Shown: positions 12,165 through 25,378 of the stretch, piece by piece
How the letters are laid out: each line of letters begins with the position of its first letter
How positions within the stretch are numbered: position 1 is the stretch's first letter
Notes under the pieces: model-generated
What the model was told of the DNA's origin: nothing
Database searches by the model: none
The model's input: the letters and a program-made list of their open reading frames with translations, nothing else
Program-made: the position numbers and the translations under genes
Assembly (NCBI GenBank): GCA_964016885.1
Contig: OZ024740.1
Span: 429,536,001 to 429,600,000, forward strand
Source: Eledone cirrhosa
Taxonomy: Eukaryota
Reading direction: 5' to 3'
DNA length: 64,000 nt

Positions 12165-12778
12165 TGAGTAATGGGTACTTTTGTTGTGATACCTACATAA
12201 CCAGTTTACAGTCTGGGCTGAGTGCTATTTGTCATGACACCTACACAACCACATTTACAGTGTAGACGGGGTGCTTTTTGTCGTGACACCTATATGACCA
12301 CTTTACAGTGTGGACTAGGTGCTTTTTATTGTGACACCTATATGGCCACTTTACAGTGTGGACTGGGTGCTTTTTATCGTGACACCTACACGACCACTTT
12401 ACAGTGTGGGCTGAGTGCTATTTGTTGTGACACCTACACGACCACTTTACAGTCTGGGCTGAGTGCTATTTGTCATGACACCTACATGACCACTTTACAG
12501 TGTGGGCTGGGTGCTTTTTGTCATGACACCTACATGATTACTTTACAGTGTGGGCTGGGTGCTATTTGTTGTGACACTTATATGACCACTTTACAGTGTG
12601 GGCTGAGTGCTATTTGTTGTGACACCTACACGACCACTTTACAGTCTGGGCTGAGTGCTATTTGTCATGACACCTACATGACCACTTTACAGTGTGGGCT
12701 GGGTGTTTTTTGTCATGACACCTACATGACCACTTTACAGTGTGGACTGGGTGCTATTTGTCGTGACACCTACATGAT
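12165..12778. repeat. ~42-45-bp tandem repeat derived from the 'gctggatgc..cttcctaacgccaac' element
   Basis: Repeats of cactttacagtgtgggctgggtgctatttgtcatgacacctacatgac. Confidence 0.9.
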
Positions 12779-13131
12779 CATTTATATATGTACGCAGTTT
12801 TCATCTAGCAATTCCATTCATAAGGCATTAGTCGGCCCGAGGCTACAGTACAATAAAACATTTTCCCAGATGGTGTGCAGTGATATCAAATCAAAGGCGA
12901 TGTGGTTAGAAAACAACCTTATTAATGAGATATATAGAAGAGAGTGGCAGACAATGTCAGATATTGCTGTATTTTGTGAAATATTCTTGTTTATTTCTTT
13001 GTTAGAATCATAGTAGTGAATTACTAAACACTTGTACTATTAAATCCTCTCCATGTATCTTTCAACATTTCTGGGGTATTTCTACAAATTGCTTTATTCA
13101 ATGAATGTATATTGGAGTAGAGAGGGCGAAA

Positions 13132-14205
13132 CGGTAGAGTGGTTAGAACGTCAGATAGAGTGGTAGAGTGGTTAGAACGTCAGATAGAATGGTAGAATGG
13201 TTAAAACGTCAGATAGAGTGGTAGGGTGGTTAGAACGTCAGATAGAGTAGTTAGAACGTCTGGTAGAGTGGTTAGAACGTCAGAGTGGTTAGAATGTCTG
13301 GTAGAGTGGTTAGAACGTCAGATAGAGTGGTAGAGTGGTTAGAACGTCAGATAGAGTGGTAGAGTGGTTAGAACGTCTGGTAGAGTGGTTAGAATGATAG
13401 CGTGGTTAGAATGTCAGATAGAATGGTAGAGTGGTTAGAACGTCAGATAGAATGATAGAGTGGTTAGAACGTCAGATAGAGTGGTAGAGTGGTTAGAACG
13501 TCTGGTAGAGTGGTTAGAATGATAGCGTGGTTAGAATGTCAGATAGAATGGTAGAGTGGTTAGAACGTCAGATAGAATGATAGAGTGGTTAGAACGTCAG
13601 ATAGAGTGGTAGAGTGGTTAGAACGTCTGGTAGAGTGGTTAGAATGATAGCGTGGTTAGAATGTCAGATAGAATGGTAGAGTGGTTAGAACGTCAGATAG
13701 AATGATAGAGTGGTTAGAACGTCAGATAGAGTGGTAGAGTGGTTAGAACGTCTGGTAGAGTGGTTAGAATGATAGCGTGGTTAGAATGTCAGATAGAATG
13801 GTAGAGTGGTTAGAACGTCAGATAGAATGATAGAGTGGTTAGAACGTCAGATAGAGTGGTAGAGTGGTTAGAACGTCAGATAGAGTGGTAGAGTGGTTAG
13901 AACGTCAGATAGAGTGGTAGAGTGGTTAGAACGTCAGATAGAGTGGTAGAGTGGTTAGAACGTCTGGTAGAGTGGTTAGAACGTCAGATAGAATGGTAGT
14001 CGTTAGAACGTCAGATAGAATGGTAGTGGTTAGAACGTCAGATAGAATGGTAGAGTTGTTAGAACGTCGAATAGAATAGTAGAGTCGTTAGAACGTCAGA
14101 ATGATTTGCAGTGTTTGTTTCAACTCTCTGAATTCAAATCCTGCCGAGGTCAACTTTGCCTTTCATCCATTCAAGGTCGATAAAAAAGTACCAGTCTAAT
14201 ACTGG
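13132..14205 (+). repeat. Tandemly amplified SINE head (~29-bp unit) ending in a SINE A-like body
   Basis: ggtagagtggttagaacgtcagatagagt repeats to ~14100, then gaattcaaatcctgccgaggtcaactttgcctttcatcc. Confidence 0.88.
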
Positions 14206-14819
14206 GTTAGATTCTTCTTCTATAACTCTTACACTCTATATCCTTCTCTTGAAGTAATCTACTGTATTCAGACCTGTCAATACAGTTCCCATACAACTCC
14301 TTCAGGAATTAGAGGGCTATATATATAAAAAAACAAATAGTAGAAAGGAAAAAGATTTTTTTTGTCGAAAATGTTGAAGAGATATTTTTGGTGAAATTTC
14401 AAAGCATTAATTTATTTACAATACCGGTTTCAGCATTAAATGCATTTTCAATTGCAGATATGCAGAATATTGTTAAGTTGCATATTTGTACAAATAGTGA
14501 GGATAGTGATAATAAAAATAAAAAATATAGAGAGAGAGGGGGAAGAAAAGTTAATTTTCACATACATGTTCCTTCAGAGAAGAAAGTCATTTTGTCTGTC
14601 CATTCTTCTCTGCTAATGGCTTTGTTGTGACTGGAGAGGGAAGGAGGAGGTGGAGGTAGGGGATGGTTGTTGTGGCTGCAGGCTGCTATGTGGAACCCTT
14701 TGAATAGTGGATACAAGGTTTGGTTGGGATTGGTTTGATAGGCTGGGTGACCTTAGAGTTGACGGGGGGGGGGGGGGCTTCTAATAATATCTATCTTGGT
14801 ATTTTTTCTTAGAAGAAAT

Positions 14820-15862
14820 CACCATTGACCTTTACTAAAAAGAGACCTAAGAATGAACCAAATCCTCCAAACACACAATATCATAAAGAGCAAAAGACAA
14901 CCAAAATCAATAAAAAACAACCTTACACAGGCCAAAGTCCAGCCGACCCCCACAATGAACCCTACAGTAAAAAAAATGCGGAAGACCCAACTGTGGTATA
15001 TGTATCAGTCTAATAGAGGGATCGGAGTTCCACTTCAAACAAGGACAACACTTTACAGTTAAGTGCAATTTCACATGTGCACCAGAAAATCTGATCTATG
15101 TGTTGACCTGCTCAGGTTGTCGACCTGTATCTGTAAGATAACATTGTGATTATTTTTTTATTCATTTCTCACTATCTAATTTTATATATATTTTTTATTT
15201 CTTTCTATTATCTTTTATTGTCTCCTACTCTAATTCGATTTACCTATTCTATAACCTCCCTCTCCCATTTCCTACACTATCCTTAGAATCTGCTGTATAC
15301 ATATCACCTTCAACGCTTGACCGCTCCACTCACTCCCCTATTGTTCTACAGGCAAGTTCAGCCACCCCTACCTCCCACCAAATGCCATGATAGACTTATT
15401 TGTGTTTACAACAAATTTTAACCAATCCTCTTGACAACTACAATCTTTCCATATAAGGAAGTACCCCCTTGACAAGTTCGGCTATTTATTCACCAGGCTA
15501 AACATTCTAATTTAGTCCAGAAATAGCCGTCGAAACGGCTTGAGCTCTGCCGTCGGGGTCATACTTTTATATATATATATATATATATATAGGAAAAAGT
15601 ACAACGGCAGAGCTCAAGCCGTTTCGACGGCTATTTCTGGACTAAATTAGAATGTTTAGCCTGGTGAATAAATAGCCGAACTTGTCAAGGGGGTACTTCC
15701 TTATATGGGAAGATTGTAGTTGTCAAGAGGATTGGTTAAAATTTGTTGTAAACACAAATAAGTCTATCATGGCATTTGGTGGGAGGTAGGGGTGGCTGAA
15801 CTTGCCTGTAGAACAATAGGGGAGTGAGTGGAGCGGTCAAGCGTTGAAGGTGATATGTATAT
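14820..15862 (+). mobile_element. 5'-truncated, internally deleted Neptune-like Penelope element with inverted pLTR copy
   Basis: IIKSKRQPKSIKNNLTQAK then (frameshift) KKCGRPNCGIC...FTCAPENLIYVLTCSGC (Zn linker plus start of GIY-YIG); ~260-bp inverted arms 15296-15567/15591-15862 around (TA)n. Confidence 0.82.
15464..15558 (+). ncRNA. Type I hammerhead ribozyme, U3-A8 core variant
   Basis: cccc-UUGACAA-stem II (ggctattt/aaatagcc)-GAAAC-stem III (acggc/gccgt, loop with gagctc)-GUC-gggg. Confidence 0.75.
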
Positions 15863-15870
15863 ATATATAT

Positions 15871-16040
15871 ATTGAAAAGGCTTGCTGAACACAAGCTGAA
15901 ACCGCTTGGCACCGTGGTTGGGATTTTACATATCTCTCTCTCATATATATCTATATATATATATATATGAGAGAGAGATATGTAAAATCCCAACCACGGT
16001 GCCAAGCGGTTTCAGCTTGTGTTCAGCAAGCCTTTTCAAT
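15871..16040. mobile_element. Perfect palindrome (~75-bp arms) around (TA)n with partial hammerhead core
   Basis: UUGAAAA-ggcttg..caagct-GAAAC at the outer end of each arm. Confidence 0.72.
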
Positions 16041-16429
16041 ATATATATATATATATATGTATACTGGAGTAAAAAGTTTGTGGTGGTTGTAAACAAAAGA
16101 CTGATATAAATAACAACTAAACAGAACAGAGCAGCTAATTCAATGGTGTGTGAGAGAGAGAGAGAGTGTGTGTGTGTGAATGTGTGAGAGAGAGGATGTG
16201 TGTGTTTATTTAATAAGTTGGTAATATAACTCTTTAAAAATTGCAACTTTACAAGGTGGGGGTTTTAAGTTGGCGCCTAATTTAAACAAGGAAGATATGT
16301 TTTGAAAACTATGATACAAACTAATATTTTTTTCTTTTCATATTATACCCGACTTCAACATAATGGCGCACCCTGACAGATAAGATATTATACCCGACTT
16401 GGCGCACCCTGCATTCCGATCAGGTAGAA

Positions 16430-16700
16430 AATCTATGACATTCCGATCATGGAGAAAATTTATGACTTTTTGGTAAACAACCTTGACCAGAGTGAATCAT
16501 ATTTAACTGGGTGAAGTCTAAAAAACCTCTGACTGATAAAATGACGAGTCAGTCAATCATATTGGTGGCCTCGGCGGACAGAATGGAGAAGGTGTTTTCC
16601 TGGAGGATGCGCTGGAATACAACTGGCTTGGGGAGCGGAAATGACGGTGGTGGTGTAGGCAGTCTGCACCGGCTTGAATAACAAGGCCATTGTTGACAAC
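16430..16700 (-). mobile_element. CRE-like retrotransposon 3' end, second copy
   Basis: VFQRILQENTFSILS; 3'UTR shared with 1475-1510. Confidence 0.55.
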
Positions 16701-17259
16701 TTAAGTCTCCCACCATATAGAGTACAGAGGGTGAGGAAGGAGTTAGGGGACGGTAACTGTAACAACTGATACTGTGGCTGCTAGGAAAACTCATAATTGC
16801 AGTAAACAAATGGTGAGAGAAGCTGATTTCATCCAGAAAGTTGAGCAGTTACATTGAGGAAGATCGCCTCCATTGATATATGCAAGAATTGTTTCTACTT
16901 TGGGCACAAGGCCAGCAATTACCCAGTGCATTACTGGTACTTTATTTTATCGACCCCTGTAAGGATGAAAGACAAAGTTAACCTCGGCGAGATTTGGACT
17001 CAGATCATAAAGGGCCATAACTCTGTGCTGAAAAGCATGGTGTCCAACCCTCTACCGATACTGCCAATCACCTGCCCTTTGGGATACGCAAGAATGCCAG
17101 GCAACTCTGTTGTGATGAGAAGACTATTGGGACTTGCGTGAATGAAGGCCTTTGTTACAAATATTACAAGATGCTGAGAGGACAGATGTTCAACCAGAAG
17201 TCCAGGGAGAACTGTGTAAAGAGGGACAAGAAGCTGGGGAACAAGTTGAAGCATCCCTT

Positions 17260-18322
17260 GGAGTCAAATGGGGTTTTCTTCAGATGAAGAAAAACTTTGG
17301 CCAGAACAAGACATATAAAAAATAAAATAACAAGCGGTTAACAGACCACATGATGTTTCCTGTCCACATTATGATATTAAAGGGTGGTGGATTGGCAGTA
17401 TCGGTAGAGAGTCGGACACCATGCTTTGCAGCATAGAGTTACGGCCCTTTATGATCTGAGTTCAAATCCCACCTTTCATCCTTACGGGGTCGATCAAATA
17501 AAGTACCAGTAATGCACTGGGTAATTGCTGGCTTTGTGCCAAAAGTATAAACAATTATGATTTTAAGCATGATCTGCAGTGAGGAACATGTCATAACCCC
17601 TCATATCTTTAATGTGAGCCTGAAGGTGAATGAAGATAGGTACGAAGGGTTCTGCAGACTGCTGAAGCCAGGAATTGAAGAGGTGGTAGAGAGAAGACCT
17701 TATGTGTTCCAGCCAGATTCTACATCAATACACTTGGTCAGAAAGACTCAAAAGTGGTTCTTGGACAACTTTTATGACCATGTCAGCCCAGATATGTGAC
17801 CTAACTCTCCAGTCTGCAATCCTCTAGACCAGTGATTCTCAACCAGTGTGCCGCGAGATCTGCCTAGTCTGTGTCTACGGTTGTATGCCGTCTATGACTT
17901 ACCATGTTTTTATTTTGTAAAATTCAAATATTTTTCATATATATTTAGCCAGGTGTGTTGCTATTTTTTCATGTGTTCCAAGGTGTGCCGTTGGCAAAAA
18001 AAGGTTGAGAACCACTGCTCTAGAGTATATTTTCGGGGTGCAGTTGAGAGAGTCACCATCAAAACTGCCTGCAACACCAAGGAGAATCTGAAGCAATGCA
18101 GCAGCCAGGTATTCCAAGATTTATCAGCTGCAATCACGAAATGTACCTGTTCTCGATTCCAAGGTCATCTGAGATAGGTTATTAAATCTGGTGAGGGTTA
18201 TATTGAATAATTATACAGGTCTAGTAGCTTTGTGTATCTTGAATTTTCAATAAATTTTAAGATTATATGACTTTTTTTCTTGAACTCTGTCAACCACGCC
18301 AATTCTACGTCCGAACCCTGTA
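17260..18322 (+). pseudogene. Degenerate Tc1/mariner-superfamily transposase with nested SINE and MITE
   Basis: FSDE..., YVFQPDS, PNSPVCNPLD motifs; terminal ...ccctg-TA at ~18322. Confidence 0.7.
17830..18017 (+). mobile_element. hAT (Charlie-like) MITE
   Basis: TIR CAGTGATTCTCAACC/GGTTGAGAACCACTG; 8-bp TSD ctctagac/ctctagag. Confidence 0.85.
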
Positions 18323-19484
18323 CTTTGCAATTACAGGGAATATCATATCAAAGATATGAAATAAAGGAAAATATTCTTATCTACAAAAGACATTTATATA
18401 GGAACATTTTTTACTCCTAAAAATTTAATTAGAAAAAACTGACAAACAAAAAAAAGATCGATTGATTTTCGTCAAATCTGACCGAGGAAACAATGTTTCC
18501 ATGGTTCTTTCGAGTTGCTACTCCAGGTAGAAGGAGCAACGTGAAATAAAGTGTCTTGCTCAAGGACATAACGCATCGCCCGATCCAGGAATCAAACTCA
18601 CAACCTCACAATTGTGAATCCAATTCTCTAACCACTCAGCCACACAAAAAACGTCAGATATTTAACAGATAATGGTTTCTGATTTAGGCACAAGGCCAAC
18701 AATTTTGTGTGTGTGTAGGGAGAGGGGGGAGTCGACTAAATCGCTTCAGTGAGGACTCGCAGGAATGCCAGGCAACTGTACTGTAAGAAGACTTAAGGCT
18801 TGTGTTAATGAAAATATTACTGGTACTTTGTTTTATCGACCCCGTAAAGATGAAACAAAGGTAACATTAGTGGGGTTTGAACTCAGAACGTAAAGGGATG
18901 TAACTATATGCCACAAGACGTCCGACGCTTTGCCGATTACCGCCAAGCCACCACCCTCAGACATTTAACAGATACTAATGAGATCTAGTTTATTTTTGCA
19001 AGAATTTGATGAGGTTATTTACTTGATTTTTAAAAAAAATACTAGAAAAGAAAATCAAAAACAGACCTCGATTTCTTTATAGAAGTCAACGATAAATTGA
19101 AGACAGACTTACAATGGTGGGTTTGATAGGTACAAACAAAAGGAAGAGAGTTGATGGAAGGTGCTAGAGAGAAACGGGGAGAGAAGGATGGAAGGAAAGA
19201 GAGAGAGAATGGAGAGGTTAGGTGAATGGATTACCAGAGTTGAGATGTGATAGATAAGACATTTTAACTATTTTAAGATATTAACATTTGACCCAATTCC
19301 AATGTCACATTGACTTCTCAGGTCTTCTAACAGCCGTCACATATCTGATTCCACATTAAAACGATCAGTTTTACTAAGTTTCTTCCAAAGTTGCTTGGTT
19401 CACTTCTATTGTACTAATAGACACTAATGGAATACTTTAAGATGTTCACCAGGCTGAGTGTATGAGAAGCCACCTATTGACCAA

Positions 19485-19635
19485 TGTAGTGGTAGTAGTA
19501 GTGGTGGTAGTAGTAATGGTGATGGTGGTAGCAGTAGTAGTAGTGGTGGTGGTGGTAGTAGTAGCAATGGTGGTGGTAGTAGTGGTGGTGGTAGTAGTAG
19601 TGGTGGTGGTAGTAGTGATAGTGGTGGTGGTAATA
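19485..19635. repeat. (GGT/AGT)n microsatellite (similar tract 30230-30408)
   Basis: Direct inspection. Confidence 0.95.
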
Positions 19636-20665
19636 ACCAATTGTAAAGACAAGTAAGTTTAATTCAAGAGATTATACTTTGTTCTATTCCCAATCCTAAA
19701 ATCTGAGTAGATGAGGTGTCAACTTCAATTGTGAGGGACACAGATACCTAAGTAGGGGTACACACATTAATATCTATACAGTATTATATGGTGGATTGGC
19801 AGTATCGGTAGAGGGTCGGACGCCATGCTTTCCAGCATAGAGTTACGGCCCTTTATGATCTGAGTTCAAATCCCGCAGAGGTTCACTTTGCCTTTCATAC
19901 ATTCTTACGTACATACATACATACATACACACATATATACATTCTTACATACATACATACATACATTCTTACATACATACATACATAGATATATATATAT
20001 ATACATGGTGGCTGCCAACTCGTTTTCGAGTACGGCCACTACTTTATATCCATGTAGGAGAACCCCTACCGAAGCGCTGAACGAGTGTGACTTTTTAGTC
20101 CAGCCAGCGACTTGAAAACTCTGGTACAAACACTACATTTGTGACAATTATTGACACATAGTGCTGGGCCCATGGTACCATGTGATGACAAGTGCAGAGA
20201 GATCACCAGATATAAAGCAATGCCTGTGCCGTGAAGCTTTTATAGTGAGCAAAGGCACTGCACAAAGCCAGTCCCACTCTCTTAACCAAGATGATATTTA
20301 CCAAAAAGAAGAACAAGTCAACATCATTGGATACCATCAGGGTTGCAGGTGTTATATCAGAGTTTTCCTTCTCCTAGAATTCTGCCTTGACAAAGGCTAA
20401 GGGGTCATCTCTCCCAATATACATATATATATACATACATATATATATACATATATATATATACATATAGATATATACATACATACATATATATACATAT
20501 ATATGTATATACATATATATATACATGTATACATATATATATACATATATATACATACATATAGTTAGATATATATACATACATATATATATATATGTAT
20601 ATACATATGTATACATATACATATATATGTATATATATACATATATATAGATATAAATATATATC

Positions 20666-20702
<37 letters not shown>

Positions 20703-20802
20703 TCATCATCATCATCATCGTTTAACGTCCGTGTTCCATGCTTGCATGGGTTTGGACGGGAGTTTTCCCACTTGAGGCAAGAGTGGTTGTCTTGCTCGCA
20801 TA

Positions 20803-21260
20803 GGACTGTCTGGCGGGTTTTCTACAGTTGGATGCCCTTCCTAACACCAACCACATTTACAGTGTGGGTCTGGGAGGTTTTTACCGTGTTGCCTACACGG
20901 TCACATTACAGCGTGGACTGTCTGGCAGGTTTTCTACAGTTGGATGCCCTTCCTAACACCAACCACATTTACAGTGTGGGTCTGGGAGGTTTTTACCGTG
21001 TTGCCTACACGGTCACATTACAGCGTGGACTGTCTGGCAGGTTTTCTACAGTTGGATGCCCTTCCTAACACCAACCACATTTACAGTGTGGGGCTGGGAG
21101 GTTTTTACCGTGTTGCCTACACGGTCACATTACAGCGTGGACTGTCTGGCAGGTTTTCTACAGTTGGATGCCCTTCCTAACACCAACCACATTTACAGTG
21201 TGGGGCTGGGAGGTTTTTACCGTGTTGCCTTCACGGCCACATTACAGCGTGGACTGTGTG
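20803..21260. repeat. 112-bp tandem repeat (4 copies) of the 'ggatgcccttcctaacaccaaccac' element
   Basis: ggatgcccttcc recurs at ~20830, 20942, 21054, 21166. Confidence 0.93.
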
Positions 21261-21367
21261 TTTTTTTGTCATGACACCTACACGATCTCTTTGTTTCGGC
21301 CTGGGTTTTGTGGCACCAACATAACTTTACATTGAAAGGGGCGGGTGGGGGTGGTGGGACGGGGGTG

Positions 21368-21437
<70 letters not shown>

Positions 21438-21444
21438 CATATAC

Positions 21445-21482
<38 letters not shown>

Positions 21483-21504
21483 GTATATTTATATATATAT
21501 ATAC

Positions 21505-22130
21505 TTACTTGTACTTGTGTCGACATTCACCCTGGACGGGTTGAGCCGGCTTCTTCCCTTGTCCTGACAGCATCCCGAACCATGGCAGCCCACGCACGAC
21601 GGTCCTGGGCTAGGTCACTGGAGATAGCGAGCCAGTCACTGTTCCATCGGCGCAGGCCGACCACCTGAGAGTTCGGAGAGGTCCTCCTTGATCATCGTTG
21701 CCCAGGTCTTCAGCTGCCCGCCAACGCGCTTGCACCAGTTAGGGAGTGGAGGTGGGAGGAGAACATCGCGGATCAGTTCACCCTCAGGGCGCCGGGCTGT
21801 GGGACCAAACCATCTCAAGTGCCGTTGCAGAAGCACTGAAGGAAGGGGTCGAAGATTCAGTCGAAGACGAAGACTGGTGGTAGGTACCCGATCAACGCGT
21901 CGGCAGCGAGACAGTCATTGTAGAAGACCTCCAGCCCTCGTTGATCGACTACCCACATAGGCCATGTTTCACAGCCATAGAGGAGGATAGTGCGAACGAC
22001 GGCCTGGTAGATTCACCCTTTGGTCGCCAAGGTGATCTCTCTTCTGTCCCACAGATACCGCTGGAGGCGCCCTCAAGCGGATCTGGCAGCACCTATGCGA
22101 CGTTTGACCTCGGTTGCGCCCTGTCCCGTT
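21505..22130 (-). mobile_element. RTE LINE 3' fragment
   Basis: IYQAVVRTILLYGCETW... and LRWFG...KRVGGQLKTW; acaagtacaagtaagta tail; next to (TA)n. Confidence 0.8.
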
Positions 22131-22745
22131 GGAATGTGTGTGTGAGAGAGAGAATAAGCACTGATTATAGACAAAACACAACCACCAATCAATAATAGAC
22201 TAGAACTCAACACCCAATTTATAACATGATAGAGCACCTAGCCCCACACACACCCCTTTCACACACACACACACGCACACACGCGCTTACACCTCCACTT
22301 ATTCTCTCTCACACACACACACAAAGACCAGTTCTAACACGAAAGAACATCTATCCCCCACATTTACGTATAGACATATCTTCTCACACTCACACACACA
22401 AACACACACGCATACATACGCCTTCACGTATTCTCCCACACACTTAAACATACATGTCCAAAACCCACTTTAAAGGGAGACTACTCTTTATCCATCTAAC
22501 CTTCACTCTTTGACATTAGAGATAGAATGGAATCTCTATACCATTTCCTGTCAGCATGACTTGGCAAGCTAATTAGAACACTGGATTAACCACTTTACTT
22601 CCCATCTAAGAAGAGATATTATCTCGAAAATTAAGGATATTTAAATAAATTTAAGGTAAAAGACTAATTGTCAACAATATCTTTTGCATTTGCATTTATA
22701 TTCTATATCCATACCTGCATTGTCTTGGCCTTACAACTACAAACG

Positions 22746-23755
22746 TTTATATATATATATATAAAGTTGTAGTTCCTGTCTGTTTGTTTGTTTGTTTGTT
22801 CACGAACTCCTCCTATGATTTTGGAGATAGACCCCCATAACCATATATATTCTGAAACTACATTGCCCAGGGTACTTGGATAAGTATATTTAATTTTAAT
22901 CAAAGGGTTCCCCGAGGGCACAAACCATAGGTAAATGACAAGATATAATGCCTAATCACAAAATTTCAGCAAATTTCAATAATATTAAGACACCCTAATG
23001 GGGGTTAAACCCCCTATAGTGAAAATGTTGGCCAATAAATGGAACAAGATGTGTTGTATCAAGATTGCATGAGAACTTGATTGAAGCAACCATTATATTC
23101 GGCGATTACAAAGGTCAAGCTCTTCTCATTCCGAGGATTCCACTTATACCAAGTGATAGCAAGTTGCCTTTTACATTTAAGAGGCTGCAGTTCCCAGTGA
23201 GGCCATGCTTTGCCATGAGCATCAATAAGAGTCAAGGTCAAACTTTCAAAACTATTGGTATAGATCTGACAAACCCATGTTTCAGTCATGGCATGTTTTA
23301 TGTAGCTGTTTCAAGGACTGGAACTTCAAAAAATCTCTACATTTTAGCCAATCAAAGAAACACAAGAAATGTTGTTTACCCTCAAGTTCTTCATTAGGAC
23401 AAAGTATGAAATATATTTTCATGTATTTATTATGTTAAAAAATAAATAATTAAACTTTGAATTTCTAATTTGAAAATAATGCTTTACACAAAAAGGAAAT
23501 GATCAAGTTTTGAATTGATATTTTGAAGAAAATTATTTAGAAGAAACAAAATAAGAATAAGATTTAATAATGTAATTTTGATTTGATATATTACAAAAAA
23601 TAATGTTTTCCAATTTTTCATGCATTACATTTTACATTGAGTAATATTGAAATTCAGAATTTTTCTCCATAAATTATATCACTGATTTAAAATCAATCAT
23701 TATTTTCTTACAAAAAAATGTGTGAAACGCAGCAAGGTGCGGGTAATTCGGCTAG
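22746..23755 (+). mobile_element. Non-autonomous Helitron carrying PIF1-helicase C-terminal fragment
   Basis: ORF 23065-23397 IPRIPLIPSD..FKRLQFPVRPCFAMSINKSQGQT..FSHGMFYVAVSR; 3' GC hairpin + CTAG at 23752-23755. Confidence 0.88.
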
Positions 23756-24587
23756 TATATATATATATAAAGAGACAGAGAGAGAGAGATGGTGGGGTCT
23801 ATTTGAGTATAGAATAAATTATCCAAACATAAATGTTAGTATAATAATTATTTGATAACAATATTCTTTATAACATGCTTGGTTAAATGAGATTTCCAGA
23901 ACGTTCGTAATCTTCAATCTAATTCCAAGTTAACCCGATTCCTTTTTCTACTCAGAAATGTGGTCGCAGCATAATCGAATGGTTAAGAGGTTCACTTCTC
24001 AATCACTAGCTCACGGATTCGATCCTACTGTGTAGTATCTTGGTCACGTGTCATTTTACATAGCCTCGAGTGGACCCTACTGATATTGGGTAGGGGGGAA
24101 TTGTTGGAAGTCCGTCGGATGGACTGTGTCTGTAATTCAAAGGACCTGCTTTGCCACACACTGTATCATGCCAAATCTCCTAGAGAAGGTTTAGGGTACA
24201 GGTATTTGTAGAATGCTCAACAAATTACAGGTTAATATCATAATCCAGGTCTTCTATCGACCAAACTAGAACATCGTTGAAACCGAAGGAAATCCCTTCC
24301 CTTCATCCAGAGCTACATGCAACTGATCGTGGTTTAATACAGATTTCAGCAGGAACACACCTATCTTATCAAAAGATTTGTCTTGGGATTTCTTTATGAT
24401 CCTCGTAAATGCAAGAATACGTGAAAATTATCACATTTTCTGTGAGAATGGTACGGTTGTGTCATTTGAAAATAAATCTATTCTTGGTGCTTGTAGAGGC
24501 ACGAAACATAGTGGTAAAGGTGTTGGACTTACAATCATAATGTTGTGGGTTCAATTCCTGGACTGGGTTGTGTGTTGTGTTCTGTGA

Positions 24588-25378
24588 AGGTGTGTGGCGT
24601 AATGGTAAGGATGTTCTGTGGAGGTGTGTGGTCTAGTGGTAAGGATGTTCTGTGGAGGTGTGGCGTAGTGGTAAGGGTGTTCTGTGCAGGTGTGTGGCGT
24701 AGTGGTAAGGGTGTTCTGTGCAGGTGTGTGGTCTAGTGGTAAGGGTGTTCTGTGGAGGTGTGTGGTCTAGTGGTAAGGATGTTCTGTGCAGGTGTGTGGT
24801 CTAGTGGTAAGGGTGTTCTGTGGAGGTGTGTGGTCTAGTGGTAAGGGTGTTCTGTGGAGGTGTGTGGTCTAGTGGTAAGGATGTTCTGTGCAGGTGTGTG
24901 GTCTAGTGGTAAGGGTGTTCTGTGCAGGTGTGTGGTCTAGTGGTAAGGGTGTTCTGTGGAGGTGTGTGGTCTAGTGGTAAGGATGTTCTGTGCAGGTGTG
25001 TGGTCTAGTGGTAAGGGTGTTCTGTGGAGGTGTGTGGTCTAGTGGTAAGGGTGTTCTGTGCAGGTGTGTGGTCTAGTGGTAAGGGTGTTTTGTGCAGGTG
25101 TGTGGTCTAGTGGTAAGGGTGTTCTGTGGAGGTGTGTGGTCTAGTGGTAAGGGTGTTCTGTGGAGGTGTGGCGTAGTGGTAAGGATGTTCTGTGCAGGTG
25201 TGTGGTCTAGTGGTAAGGGTGTTCTGTGGAGGTGTGTGGTCTAGTGGTAAGGATGTTCTGTGCAGGTGTGTGGTCTAGTGGTAAGGGTGTTCTGTGGAGG
25301 TGTGTGGTCTAGTGGTAAGGGTGTTCTGTGCAGGTGTGTGGTCTAGTGGTAAGGGTGTTTTGTGCAGGTGTGTGGCTT
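24588..25378 (+). repeat. 34-bp tandem array (~23 copies) of a SINE B A-box head
   Basis: Unit ggtgtgtggtctagtggtaagggtgttctgtgca; runs directly into a SINE B body at 25365-25615. Confidence 0.9.

Noticed and set aside
23065-23397. Host PIF1 helicase gene
   Set aside because: Only the C-terminal fragment, enclosed by Helitron termini
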